Below, piece by piece: positions 22,937 through 32,259 of a DNA stretch of 36,899 bases. This stretch comes from a virus, in the IMG/VR virus record IMGVR_UViG_3300045988_033662, positions 1 through 36,899 of that record. One strand, written 5' to 3'. Position 1 is the stretch's first letter, and each line of letters starts with the position of its first letter. Below the pieces are notes generated by a model. It saw nothing but the letters and a program-made list of their open reading frames with translations. It was not told the origin of the DNA and searched no databases. The translations under genes and the position numbers were made by a program.

Positions 22937-23277
22937 CTTGTCACATCGCTTTCTATTTCTAGTGCTCCATTGAGGATTGTAAATACATCTCCGTTCAGTT
23001 CGATTGACAGGTCATAATAATACAATCCTGCCTCAATATTTTTCGTGTCCTCTGGTGCAACACGAACAACATAATACAGTTTTGTGCCGTCCTGCTTTGA
23101 AAAGTTGATTCCTTTTTCAAGTTCCTTATGAAACACTACATCATCATCGTCAAAATTCGTTTTGCAGGTAAAATCTGCCTTTTCTAATTTCTGCGGAGCT
23201 TCGTCAAACTCAACTTCAAACGCAAAGCTCAACGTGTCCCCTCTAATCATTTCAAGATTATTTCTCATTATATCCAC
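22933..23277 (-). CDS. Small beta-sandwich-like virion protein (114 aa)
   Basis: Track ORF between Dit and the fibre. Family not assigned. Confidence 0.45.
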   Translation of the reverse strand: MDIMRNNLEMIRGDTLSFAFEVEFDEAPQKLEKADFTCKTNFDDDDVVFHKELEKGINFSKQDGTKLYYVVRVAPEDTKNIEAGLYYYDLSIELNGDVFTILNGALEIESDVTR

Positions 23278-23969
23278 CTCGATAGCTTTTCAAACGCAAT
23301 ATAAGTCAATGTTCCATCCCATGACACGGAGTTAGCCCCAATTTTAAGAACGAACTTGTCATAATTTCCGACAACGTATCGGTTCATCAATACATCGTCA
23401 TTGTACGCCTCAAGCCTTCCTGTGTCTATCGTGATGGAATTTGTCGTACTCAAGTCAATACGGAACAACTGCACGCCATTCAATGACAGATTGATTGTAC
23501 CTGTTCCTTTAATATGAATAATTGGCTTTGATACATAATTGCCGTTATTTCTTACTATGAAAGCACTTGTCGGATTGCTGAACACCTTCAGTTTCTCGAT
23601 ATTGCTGTATTTGAACGGCTGTACATGATACGTGATCTCAGCCGTTCTGAATCTCATAAGTCGTTCATAATCAATCGCATCTAGAATATCGTACACGTAG
23701 TATTTTTCTGGCTCATTTGAAAATGTTACCGTTCCGCTTGAATTGAAAAACGGAATAATATCATCAATATCATATTCGCCAAACAAACCGATCTTCATTT
23801 TTTTGTCATAAGCCGAATATCCAAGCCTTGTGATCACATCACCATCACGTCCGTCTATCTGCTCAATGCTTGTACGCATCAATGGCTTTGTAATCGGTGG
23901 CAATTCCTGTATCAGCAATCCTTTTAAATATCGGCTGTCTTTTCCATTTTGAATAACATAATTTCTCAT
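23268..23969 (-). CDS. Distal tail protein Dit (siphovirus tail component)
   Basis: Immediately downstream of the tape measure. The ...IEQIDGRDGDVITRLGYSAYDKKMKIGL... pattern is typical of Sipho_tail family proteins. Confidence 0.65.
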   Translation of the reverse strand: MRNYVIQNGKDSRYLKGLLIQELPPITKPLMRTSIEQIDGRDGDVITRLGYSAYDKKMKIGLFGEYDIDDIIPFFNSSGTVTFSNEPEKYYVYDILDAIDYERLMRFRTAEITYHVQPFKYSNIEKLKVFSNPTSAFIVRNNGNYVSKPIIHIKGTGTINLSLNGVQLFRIDLSTTNSITIDTGRLEAYNDDVLMNRYVVGNYDKFVLKIGANSVSWDGTLTYIAFEKLSRWI

Positions 23970-23981
23970 ATTTTTACCGCC

Positions 23982-26411
23982 TTAATCGTATATCAACTTT
24001 GTAACAGTTTTATCAACAAAATGTCCCATTTCTTCATCATCCATCTCGATTTTAACATGTGATAGTGCATCCTTGAATGCCTCAACCATAGAAGCGTAGC
24101 TTCTTCCACCACTTGCAGAAACGCCACCGTTCACGTTGAATGCGTCAGACATTCCACTCGCCAATGCTTCTGTCTGACTGATAAGTTCAGGGCTTGCCTT
24201 TCTTAAAGAATCACTCAGTCCTTCCACCATATCAGGCATCCAACTTTCGTATTCAGCAAGAGGCCCTTCATCAGGTCTTGAGAAATGAAGGAAAGACTTG
24301 ATCTTGTTTGCGACGTAACTTACTGCACTTGTGACATGATGAATCGCATTTCTGATGCCGTTTGCGATACCCTTGACCATATCAACACCCCAATTATACA
24401 ACTGACTTGGAAGACTTCTGATTTTTCCAATGATGTTATTTACAAGTCCAGATGCTGCATTTGCACCTGCTCGTGCCAACTGCCCTGCAAAGTTCCATGC
24501 GTTATTCAATGTATTTGATAGCCAATTCCATACAGCAGACGGAAGACTACGGATAAATGATACAACCCTGCTAACAAAGTTAGAACCTGCTTCAGAAGCC
24601 CTAGAAACCATGTTAGAAGCCCAGTTCTGTACATTACTTATAACTACACTAAGGAATGCACCAATGCGCCCAGGAAGAGCCTGAAACCACGATATGAGGT
24701 TGCCTATGAATCCACCAACCGATGTAATTACATTTCCGACCGTGTCCTTGAATGCATTCCACACGCTTATAACAGCATTACGGAATCCCTCGTTTGTGTT
24801 CCACAATGTGACGATTGTTGCTATGAGCCCTGCAAGCAACGTGGCAACCAACATAATAGGGGTGGCATTCATGACACCGTTAAGCAATGCCTGTGCAACA
24901 GATGCGCCCTCATTAGCAACCTGAAATGCTTTAACTGCTTCAACCACGCCGTTAATCATGCTTGCAACGTTCCATACCATCATCGCCGTCCCGATTCCTG
25001 CAACAAGTGAAATAATTGTATCACCATTATTCATGATGAATCCGAATAAATCACCAACAGCAGAAACAATATCATCAATAACAGAAACGACAGAATCAAT
25101 ATCCATATTGTCGATTGCATTTGTAATGTTTGGAATCCACTCGTCAGCGGCCTTTTTCAGAATCGGCTGTAATGCTTCGCCAAGTTTTGAATTAATCGTA
25201 TCACTCAATGTTGAAAGTCTGCCATCCAAAGTCTGAGACTGTGCATCCATTGACTTAAAGTATTTTCCGCCTTCAGATGTTGAACGCTTCATTGACTCTG
25301 TGATTTCATCCACCGACATTCTGCCTTTTGATATTCTGTCATAAAGGCTTTGCATACTTTCTCCTGTATGTTCTGAGATTTCCTGCAACGGGTTGAATCC
25401 TGCATCAATCATCATGTTGATGTCTTCAAGCGATACTTTCTGCGCTGAGTTCATTTTCCCGTATGCCCTCGCAATGGACTCCAGCTTGTCCGCGCTTCCT
25501 TGAGAAATATCACCAAGCATCATCATACTGCCAACTGCATCATCAGCATTGAATCCAAAGTTCATCAGCAAAGATGTTGCATCTGCCAACTGTGGCATAT
25601 CAAATGGCGTTGTTGCTCCAATGTCAGAAAGTTTCTTAACAGTCTCGCTTGCCTTGTCTGCTGAACCTGTCATGACCGTAAACGATGTTGTGTAATACTC
25701 CATTGACTTCTGATAGTCAACCGCACCACCTACAAGCGACTTGAATCCATCAACAACCTTGCTGATTGCCTGTGATGCGAGATTAGCCATCGTGCCTTTA
25801 AGCACTGTAAAACCATCGTTAAGGTTTTTTGATGTGCCATCAGCATCACCCATCTTTTTCGACAGATCATCAACCTGTTTTGCACTACCATCAGATTCTT
25901 TGCCTAAATTGTCAATCTCTTTTGTGGTCTTGATAACATCGGCTTTTGCGTTGTTCATCTGAACGGCAAGCTGTGACAGTGATTTCTTGTTTTTGTCCTG
26001 TGCCGTTGAACTTTCATCATACTGTTTCTGAAGATCATCAACAGCCTTTTTCTGTTCTTCGTATTCTTTGGTATTTTTCCCAGATTGTGCTTCGATGCTT
26101 GCAAGCTTTACCTTTGCATTTTCCAACTTTTCACCAAGTTGTATATGCTCATTTGCTGACTCCTTAACAGCTTCATAATACTGCTTGTACTGGTCAGATA
26201 CTAACTTTAGCTTTGCCTTCTGCTCTTCAAGGCGATTGCTCAGTACGCCACTCTTGGCTGTCAATGCTTCGGTGCTTGTGTCGTTCTTTTCATACGTACT
26301 CGTGACGATCTTCATTTCTGAGGATACTTCACGCAAGTTCTGCGTGATCTGGCTTAATGCTCGCCTGTATTCACTCTCGCCCTGAAGTTTAATTGTTCCA
26401 CCAAGTGCCAT
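23982..26411 (-). CDS. Tape measure protein
   Basis: 809 aa. N-terminal coiled coil, central TMP core (TTPFDMPQLADATSLLMNFGF), hydrophobic glycine-rich segments, and a position after the chaperone pair. Confidence 0.85.
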   Translation of the reverse strand: MALGGTIKLQGESEYRRALSQITQNLREVSSEMKIVTSTYEKNDTSTEALTAKSGVLSNRLEEQKAKLKLVSDQYKQYYEAVKESANEHIQLGEKLENAKVKLASIEAQSGKNTKEYEEQKKAVDDLQKQYDESSTAQDKNKKSLSQLAVQMNNAKADVIKTTKEIDNLGKESDGSAKQVDDLSKKMGDADGTSKNLNDGFTVLKGTMANLASQAISKVVDGFKSLVGGAVDYQKSMEYYTTSFTVMTGSADKASETVKKLSDIGATTPFDMPQLADATSLLMNFGFNADDAVGSMMMLGDISQGSADKLESIARAYGKMNSAQKVSLEDINMMIDAGFNPLQEISEHTGESMQSLYDRISKGRMSVDEITESMKRSTSEGGKYFKSMDAQSQTLDGRLSTLSDTINSKLGEALQPILKKAADEWIPNITNAIDNMDIDSVVSVIDDIVSAVGDLFGFIMNNGDTIISLVAGIGTAMMVWNVASMINGVVEAVKAFQVANEGASVAQALLNGVMNATPIMLVATLLAGLIATIVTLWNTNEGFRNAVISVWNAFKDTVGNVITSVGGFIGNLISWFQALPGRIGAFLSVVISNVQNWASNMVSRASEAGSNFVSRVVSFIRSLPSAVWNWLSNTLNNAWNFAGQLARAGANAASGLVNNIIGKIRSLPSQLYNWGVDMVKGIANGIRNAIHHVTSAVSYVANKIKSFLHFSRPDEGPLAEYESWMPDMVEGLSDSLRKASPELISQTEALASGMSDAFNVNGGVSASGGRSYASMVEAFKDALSHVKIEMDDEEMGHFVDKTVTKLIYD

Positions 26412-26426
26412 ATGTACCCCTCCTTC

Positions 26427-26672
26427 CTAGAACCAGTCGTCCTCATGTTGCGATTTTTCATATGCTTCTTCGTATGTTGTTCCTGTCTTTTCAAGCATCA
26501 GCTCAAAATCGAAATCATCCTTGTAATGCTTGTAAAACAGGTTGAAAGTTGTCAGTGTCATTCTTCCAACCTCATGAAATGTAAAACCGAGCTTGTTACG
26601 CCCGATAAAGTAGAACCATGTAAAGTCTATCGGCTCTGGTTCATCCACTTCATCGGGGATTATGCGTTTTTT
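26427..26672 (-). CDS. -1 frameshift extension of the tail assembly chaperone (GT-like product = 27013..26666 fused to this frame)
   Basis: The frame of track ORF 26427..26648 is open back to the slippery site. After a -1 slip the reading is ...SAEKKRIIPDEVDEPEPIDFTWFYF... Confidence 0.6.
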   Translation of the reverse strand, partial: KKRIIPDEVDEPEPIDFTWFYFIGRNKLGFTFHEVGRMTLTTFNLFYKHYKDDFDFELMLEKTGTTYEEAYEKSQHEDDWF

Positions 26673-27013
26673 TCGGCACTCTGCGTGCTGTCAACGACAA
26701 CATCGTTCATCAGCTGTGTGGATGATTGCAAGCCAATTTCCGTGATCATTCTGCCTACCTGCTTTTTAGTAAGCATCTTTTCTTTTGTGTCATTTTCCTC
26801 GTTCTCGATGTCAATTCCTTCATTCAGCATTGCCGTGATTCCGAAGATAACGGCCTTTGCGTTTGGTTCACCATCGTTTTCTTTACCATCTGTTAGTTTA
26901 CCCCAGCTTTCAAGTGTGCCGTACTTTTCCTGAATAACTTCCATCACGTTCAGATTGAAAACTAGCTTGTATTTCTTGTCTTTGTATTCAAGTGTCTTTG
27001 AGATTTCCTTCAT
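26660..27013 (-). CDS. Tail assembly chaperone (G-like)
   Basis: 117 aa, between the major tail protein and the tape measure. Ends ...TQSAEKNA* with the slippery heptamer 2 codons before the stop. Confidence 0.7.
   Translation of the reverse strand: MKEISKTLEYKDKKYKLVFNLNVMEVIQEKYGTLESWGKLTDGKENDGEPNAKAVIFGITAMLNEGIDIENEENDTKEKMLTKKQVGRMITEIGLQSSTQLMNDVVVDSTQSAEKNA
26666..26672 (-). promoter_or_regulatory. Programmed -1 ribosomal frameshift heptamer A_AAA_AAC
   Basis: Minus strand reads GCC GAA AAA AAC GCA TAA. A X_XXY_YYZ motif in the zero frame, in the conserved G/GT position. Confidence 0.65.
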
Positions 27014-27066
27014 GTTTACCCTCCTGAAAAAATAAGACAGGGACGAACCCTGCCTTTAATATTCTT

Positions 27067-27630
27067 TTAGACTGAATTCTTTGCCATCAGTCCTTCAAGA
27101 TATGTGACAGCTTCAGTCTTTGTATCAAACGTTTTAGATTTTGACCATGTGTCATCTGCCAATGTAGCCACCACTCCGTTAAGTTCAGTTGTGCTGAATG
27201 ATACGCTTTCACCCTTTGTAGAATCATCCTGTGACGGTTCTGAGAATTTAACTTTGCATAGGAACTCTACCGTGTACTTGTAAGCTCCGTTCACCATTTT
27301 TGTAACGATTCTTCCGAAACCTACGTATGGCGCAACATCAGTTGCCTTTCTGACAAGCTCTGCACCTTCTTCTGAAACCGTATGTCCTAGAAGATCTGCC
27401 ATAGTTTGCACATCTTCATTGTCGATTCCGATTGTAACAGAACCCTTCTGAAATGATGTGTCGCTCTCTGCTAATGCATCATCAGCGTATAAAGATGCAT
27501 CATTGTTAGAAATATCAACCTTGCAGGAAATAGCCTTGGCTGGCTTTTTCGCGCCATCATAACTTGCTTTACCTGCTTCCGATTCTGTAAGTTTTGAATA
27601 TCGGAAGTTATTTAACCCAATTTTAGCCAT
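27067..27630 (-). CDS. Major tail protein (start MAKIGLNNFRY)
   Basis: AAGGAG SD precedes ATG 27630, with a TAATG overlap to the upstream stop. Size and position fit phi13-type major tail proteins. Confidence 0.7.
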   Translation of the reverse strand: MAKIGLNNFRYSKLTESEAGKASYDGAKKPAKAISCKVDISNNDASLYADDALAESDTSFQKGSVTIGIDNEDVQTMADLLGHTVSEEGAELVRKATDVAPYVGFGRIVTKMVNGAYKYTVEFLCKVKFSEPSQDDSTKGESVSFSTTELNGVVATLADDTWSKSKTFDTKTEAVTYLEGLMAKNSV

Positions 27631-27977
27631 TATTCGCTCCTTTCGATTGAAAAACATAATGTCTTGTGATAATACTTCGTATCATCCTCATACATATCTT
27701 CGGATGATCTGTCAGGTTGCCACATAAACCCAACACTCGTAAGCAATGCCTTTAATGCTTTTTCAATCGGCTTGTAATTGCCTTTTGAGTAAACATCAAA
27801 GTCATAATATTCAACGTAGTTTAGTAGTTTATCATCACCATGTAACACGCTGTCAGCATCTGTCATAATGTAAGTGATGTATGTTTCTGAACTTCCATTG
27901 TATCGTAAGAACTTGACTGGAATTTTTTTGCCGTTGACCGTAAAATCACTCAATGTTTTTTCGATGAGATTATTCAT
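27630..27977 (-). CDS. Tail completion / neck protein (unassigned family)
   Basis: Track ORF at the synteny position between the gp10-like protein and the major tail protein. Confidence 0.45.
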   Translation of the reverse strand: MNNLIEKTLSDFTVNGKKIPVKFLRYNGSSETYITYIMTDADSVLHGDDKLLNYVEYYDFDVYSKGNYKPIEKALKALLTSVGFMWQPDRSSEDMYEDDTKYYHKTLCFSIERSE

Positions 27978-28398
27978 CCAACAGACCCCCGCTTAAATTC
28001 TTCTGTGCTTCTTCCATTGCTTTCATAATCTGTGACTTTTTGAAAGACTTTCGGAAAAAAGGATGCTTTGGATATTTCCTTTTGTCACTGCCATACTCGA
28101 ACATGTTAGCAACAAGTGGTGCAGGAGTCTTCTTGCCTTTCTTGTTTTTGAAATATCCAGTGATCATAACTTTCGTGTTGATACCATCATCTGATGGAGT
28201 TTTGTACACCTTTGACAGTTTCACATGACTGCTGAAGCCTGAACTTTTCAGCGCCTCTGGAAGTGCCGAAATAACGTTCTTGTAAACAACCTCTGCACCT
28301 GCTTGCGTCATGCCACCAAAGATGTGATCAAACTGCTTGTCGATGTAAGATATATCCTTCAGCACGCTATCATCAATATCAAAAGCAATCTTTGCCAT
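27970..28398 (-). CDS. HK97 gp10-like tail-component protein
   Basis: Synteny and the C-terminal ...FEYG...KYPKHPFFRKSF... motif. Confidence 0.55.
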   Translation of the reverse strand: MAKIAFDIDDSVLKDISYIDKQFDHIFGGMTQAGAEVVYKNVISALPEALKSSGFSSHVKLSKVYKTPSDDGINTKVMITGYFKNKKGKKTPAPLVANMFEYGSDKRKYPKHPFFRKSFKKSQIMKAMEEAQKNLSGGLLDE

Positions 28399-28724
28399 CA
28401 GTGAGTCACTTCCTTTGCCTGAATCTCTAGTTCTACGCTGTTTTCATCAACATTGTTCAGATATTCGATTGTGTATGTCTTGCCATGAAATTCAATCAGC
28501 ATATCTCTTGTGATTTCTGTTTTAGGATATCTGATTGTGAAATTGGTGTATGCTTTTTCAAAATCAGAATTGTTGGCAATCAACGTGAATCCTTTTGTTG
28601 TTCTCACGTATGCATATGGTGTAAGAATCACCTTTTTCTGTTCTGTCTGAAAGCCATCATCATCTGTCACAATCACCGTTTTGTAAATTGTGATTTTCTT
28701 TGAATACTTCCCTGCGTTTAACAT
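28398..28724 (-). CDS. Head closure / head-tail adaptor protein
   Basis: KKITIYK....DDDGF......ILTPYAYV......E.......TIRY....IT.DM.IEFHGKTYTIEY pattern. Synteny supports it. Confidence 0.6.
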   Translation of the reverse strand: MLNAGKYSKKITIYKTVIVTDDDGFQTEQKKVILTPYAYVRTTKGFTLIANNSDFEKAYTNFTIRYPKTEITRDMLIEFHGKTYTIEYLNNVDENSVELEIQAKEVTH

Positions 28725-28734
28725 GTTTCACACC

Positions 28735-29034
28735 TCACAACAGATTGACACTGTGCATTGCAAGAATACTCTGCACCGTGTTGTTCAGGTATTTGCTGTC
28801 AACATACATTGTTCTGTTGTACCACATGTCCTGACAAAAAGTAAGCACCACAATCACAAATTCAGGATATTTGTCAACGCCAGCATCGTCAAGCCCTGTA
28901 TAGTTCTTGATAAATGAGGTTGCAACAGAAATAAGCGTGTTCAATGTATTTATTTCACTCTCTGTTACTTCGTCCAGTCTCAAATAATCTGCGACACTTT
29001 CTACTGTAATATCACTGACTTTGCTTACTTTCAT
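28735..29034 (-). CDS. gp6-like head-tail connector protein
   Basis: VADYLRLDE...EINTLNTLISVATSFIKNYTG motif, immediately after the capsid gene. Confidence 0.6.
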   Translation of the reverse strand: MKVSKVSDITVESVADYLRLDEVTESEINTLNTLISVATSFIKNYTGLDDAGVDKYPEFVIVVLTFCQDMWYNRTMYVDSKYLNNTVQSILAMHSVNLL

Positions 29035-29050
29035 ATCACTTTACCCCTTC

Positions 29051-30190
29051 TTATTTGCTTGCTGCCATCACAAGTTTTGCAAGCTTCTGAGTGTCTGCAA
29101 CCTTTGCATCCCACTCAACGAAAGCTAGAATACCTAGTAGATGTTCTTCTGCATATCTTTCCTGCAATACCTGCATGTTAGCATCTTCTGAAACCTTCAC
29201 TGCAAGACCAGAGAAGTCACCGTAATAAATTGTTGTTTTTCCTGCAAGCATCTTGCCCATCGCATCAGAGCAATAAACGTCTTTGCCTAGAAGTGTATAT
29301 CCCCACTTTGCTGTAAAGTCACGGTTCAAGAGATAATCGCCATCATTATCCTTCAACTTTCTGATTGCATTTCGAGTTTCACGGTTCATAATCCAAATAG
29401 AATTACCCTGATAGTTGTCAATCACCTTGTCCTGCACATCCATCAACTCGTCTGATGTAATCTTTGTGGCTGCGGCAGTTGTAACAGTCATATCTGATGT
29501 AATTCCAGTTAGACCTTCAACCTTGCCTACTGTTCCGAACAAAATCTCATGTTCAAAATACAATGCGATCGCCTGTGCCATTTTTGCTTCGACAAAACCA
29601 ACGATGTCAAAGTTGGAATTGTTAATCAAGCTCTTTGAAATTTTTGCAAGGCAACGTGCAAGGAAACCGCCAAGAGTAATCTGACTGATAACAACTTTCC
29701 CAGATTCTGCTGTTGTTCCTTCGTCTGCATACTGCATCACGATGGAACTGTTCTGTGCATCATACTTTGGCAATACTAGATTACCAGTGATGTTATAGCG
29801 GTCTGCCATAGAAAATACAGGTGAGATTTCAATGACCTGAGAAATGATTTCATTCCATACAGTTGTCGGAATCAATGTCTTGGCATCGGCAGGCATTGTC
29901 GGTGTGTCAGTATTCACAATGCCACGAATTGCATTTTCAAACATTTTGTGATCTTTTTCTGCATTTGTCATTTCAACAGGTGTGCTTGGCACTTCCTTCA
30001 TGCTCATTCCTGCCATCTGGTCATACATAGCAACAGTTGCATCAATGTCCTTGACTTCCTTTTCAAGGTCTGCGAACTGCTTCTTTTCGTTTTCAGATGG
30101 TAATCTGTTTTCTGCCTTTGCAGTTGTTAGCAGTTTCTCCATCTGAGCGACTTTTGAATTTCGATTTTCAATGAGTTCTTTTACGTTCAT
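29051..30190 (-). CDS. Major capsid protein, HK97 fold, with N-terminal coiled-coil delta-like region
   Basis: 379 aa, following a ClpP-like protease. N-terminal MNVKELIENRNSKVAQMEKLLTTAKAENR... Confidence 0.85.
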   Translation of the reverse strand: MNVKELIENRNSKVAQMEKLLTTAKAENRLPSENEKKQFADLEKEVKDIDATVAMYDQMAGMSMKEVPSTPVEMTNAEKDHKMFENAIRGIVNTDTPTMPADAKTLIPTTVWNEIISQVIEISPVFSMADRYNITGNLVLPKYDAQNSSIVMQYADEGTTAESGKVVISQITLGGFLARCLAKISKSLINNSNFDIVGFVEAKMAQAIALYFEHEILFGTVGKVEGLTGITSDMTVTTAAATKITSDELMDVQDKVIDNYQGNSIWIMNRETRNAIRKLKDNDGDYLLNRDFTAKWGYTLLGKDVYCSDAMGKMLAGKTTIYYGDFSGLAVKVSEDANMQVLQERYAEEHLLGILAFVEWDAKVADTQKLAKLVMAASK

Positions 30191-30205
30191 TTCTTCACCC
30201 CTCCA

Positions 30206-30962
30206 TCATTTTTTTAATGAACTAATAATATTCTCATATGCTGAATAATCAAGCACACGATCCTCGACAGGTTTTTCAACCTGTTTTGGCTTTCTTAATG
30301 CATCTGGAACATGCTTATAATTTCTAAACAAGTCCGTTGCACATGCCTGTACATCCTTCACACTGTCCAACGCATTCACGTTGAAATAATTTCCGATGTA
30401 CATATCATCATCAGGATTGCCACAGAACCATGTTTCGTTGTCCACTAGCTCTGCAATCTTTTCTGCTGTGATTCCTTCTTTTGCTTTGCTTTCATACATT
30501 GGCAACATCGTTCCGCTTTCAATCAAATTGAGTGTGTCAATGTCGTGCTGTAGCTCGTTAGCATTTCCGTAAGCATACGTCATTGGCTTGTGGATCATCA
30601 GCACAGAATTCTTGTAAATGTTGATATCGTCTGCAACCATGGCAAGATACGTTGCGGCACTTGCACACAATCCATCAATATATGCATGAATCTTTGCTCC
30701 GCTGTTCTGCCTGAATCTCTTTAGCATCGAGACCATTGCGGAACTTGCAAACACTGAGCCACCGCCTGAGTTGATGTAGATATTAAAATCTGTCACACCG
30801 TTCAAGCTGTCAAGCTCTGTCTTGAATGCGTTTGTGTCAACTGCTGTTTCTGATTTCTCACCAGTCCACCAGTCAGGCACGTTTTCATCAACGATATCTC
30901 CATAAACATAAAAATCTGCACTAGTTTTCGTCAGATTCTTTAGGTACTTGTAGTTCATCATC
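30206..30962 (-). CDS. ClpP-like (S14) prohead maturation protease
   Basis: INSGGGSVFASSAMVSML...IDGLCASAATYLAMVADD...VLMIHKP. ATG 30962 follows AAGGGGG; the track start at 31015 is read-in from the portal gene. Confidence 0.8.
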
Positions 30963-32177
30963 TGCCCCCTTTTCAGTTTCTTCAACTTTCTCAGCCGTTT
31001 CTTCCTCTTTTCCACCTGTCACCTGTCCAGTGTTTGGCGTGTAATAAATTCCTGTGTTGGTGTCATACAATACTGCGCCAAGTCCAACATTGATCACGTC
31101 CATGCCCTCAATGTAATTGAGATTTTCCATTCGGCGCAACTCATTGATAGTCATAAGTCCTGTTTCTTTTGCAACCTTGTAAGCGTCGAATCTTTCCTTG
31201 ATGCTTGCTTTCATAATTTCTTTCGTATCAAATTCAAAGAAGAAGTTTCGTTTTTCTTTTTCTAACAGCAGTGTGCTGTTTAGAGCTGTCTCAAATGCTT
31301 TAATAATCGGATATATCGCTTCCTTGAATGTCAGGTTGAAGTCACTGTGAATATGGAATACTCCATTTATTTCATCCTGTAAAGTCTTCTTGCTCTCATT
31401 CAACTGCATTTCAACCGAACTATTTGACGACTCCTGAAACTTGATGCCGTTGTTTAGAACCATGACGGATTCGGTGTTGTTGGCGTATAACCTCTTCCAT
31501 GCTTCTTTGAGCTTGTCAACTTCTTCTTGTCCAAGCCTACGCTCTGCCTGTAAGAATCCTTTTTTATTACCACCTGTCAGAACCAGCCCAAGCTGATAAA
31601 CCAACGTACTGTATGCCGTTTCAAGGGCCTTTGAAATTTCTTCAGTCAATCCCTTTCCGCTTGCTCCATCTTTGGTGTTCCTTAACAACTTGACCATGTT
31701 CCATGGATATATTTTATTTGCCCCAACATAGAACTGTACGAAACGGTTCATCGGGTCGGAATTTGACCACACAGTGACGTTCATATCTGAAATATATTTC
31801 AGCGCCGTTACGTTGTTCTGTCTGTCTCTTTGGATAAAACAATATCCACCCTTGCCGAGTAAGTAATCCTCGACCATGGCTTTTTTTGTTTGGAAACCGT
31901 CAAGCGTGTTTCCAGTGTCGCCATTAAGCATTCGTACACGGCTGTCTCTCTGCACTTCTTCAACCTTGCCGTTCTTGTACTTGTAAAGCTTCACAGGCAT
32001 GGATGCAATCGAACCGCTGATAAAGTCAACGGCACCTGATACGGCAGGAAGTGTCAGAGCCTTATCTCTTGTGATGGTCTCATTATTAAGCAATGCCGAC
32101 AACAGCACATCGTCAAGCTGAACACTTTGATCGTTAAGATTTATTTTGTTCTTGATTCTTTTCTTAAATAGTGCCAC
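30921..32177 (-). CDS. Portal protein (HK97 family), GTG start
   Basis: 418 aa between TerL and the protease. Family-typical central region. The start codon at 32177 is GTG. Confidence 0.85.
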   Translation of the reverse strand: MALFKKRIKNKINLNDQSVQLDDVLLSALLNNETITRDKALTLPAVSGAVDFISGSIASMPVKLYKYKNGKVEEVQRDSRVRMLNGDTGNTLDGFQTKKAMVEDYLLGKGGYCFIQRDRQNNVTALKYISDMNVTVWSNSDPMNRFVQFYVGANKIYPWNMVKLLRNTKDGASGKGLTEEISKALETAYSTLVYQLGLVLTGGNKKGFLQAERRLGQEEVDKLKEAWKRLYANNTESVMVLNNGIKFQESSNSSVEMQLNESKKTLQDEINGVFHIHSDFNLTFKEAIYPIIKAFETALNSTLLLEKEKRNFFFEFDTKEIMKASIKERFDAYKVAKETGLMTINELRRMENLNYIEGMDVINVGLGAVLYDTNTGIYYTPNTGQVTGGKEEETAEKVEETEKGADDELQVPKESDEN

Positions 32178-32259
32178 TCTCGTTACCGCCCCTCGTTAGT
32201 ATTTTCTATTTGAAACATTTTTACACACACATATTAGCATAAATGCACGTTTATATCAA

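Noticed and set aside
32178-32259. Promoter-like TTGATA, 17 nt, TGcTAATAT plus a degenerate TTTCTATTTGAAACA motif between terL and the portal gene
   Set aside because: The motif has the wrong spacer length and lies downstream of, not upstream of, the putative promoter. An internal promoter in the middle of the packaging/head operon is unsupported and may be chance in AT-rich DNA.
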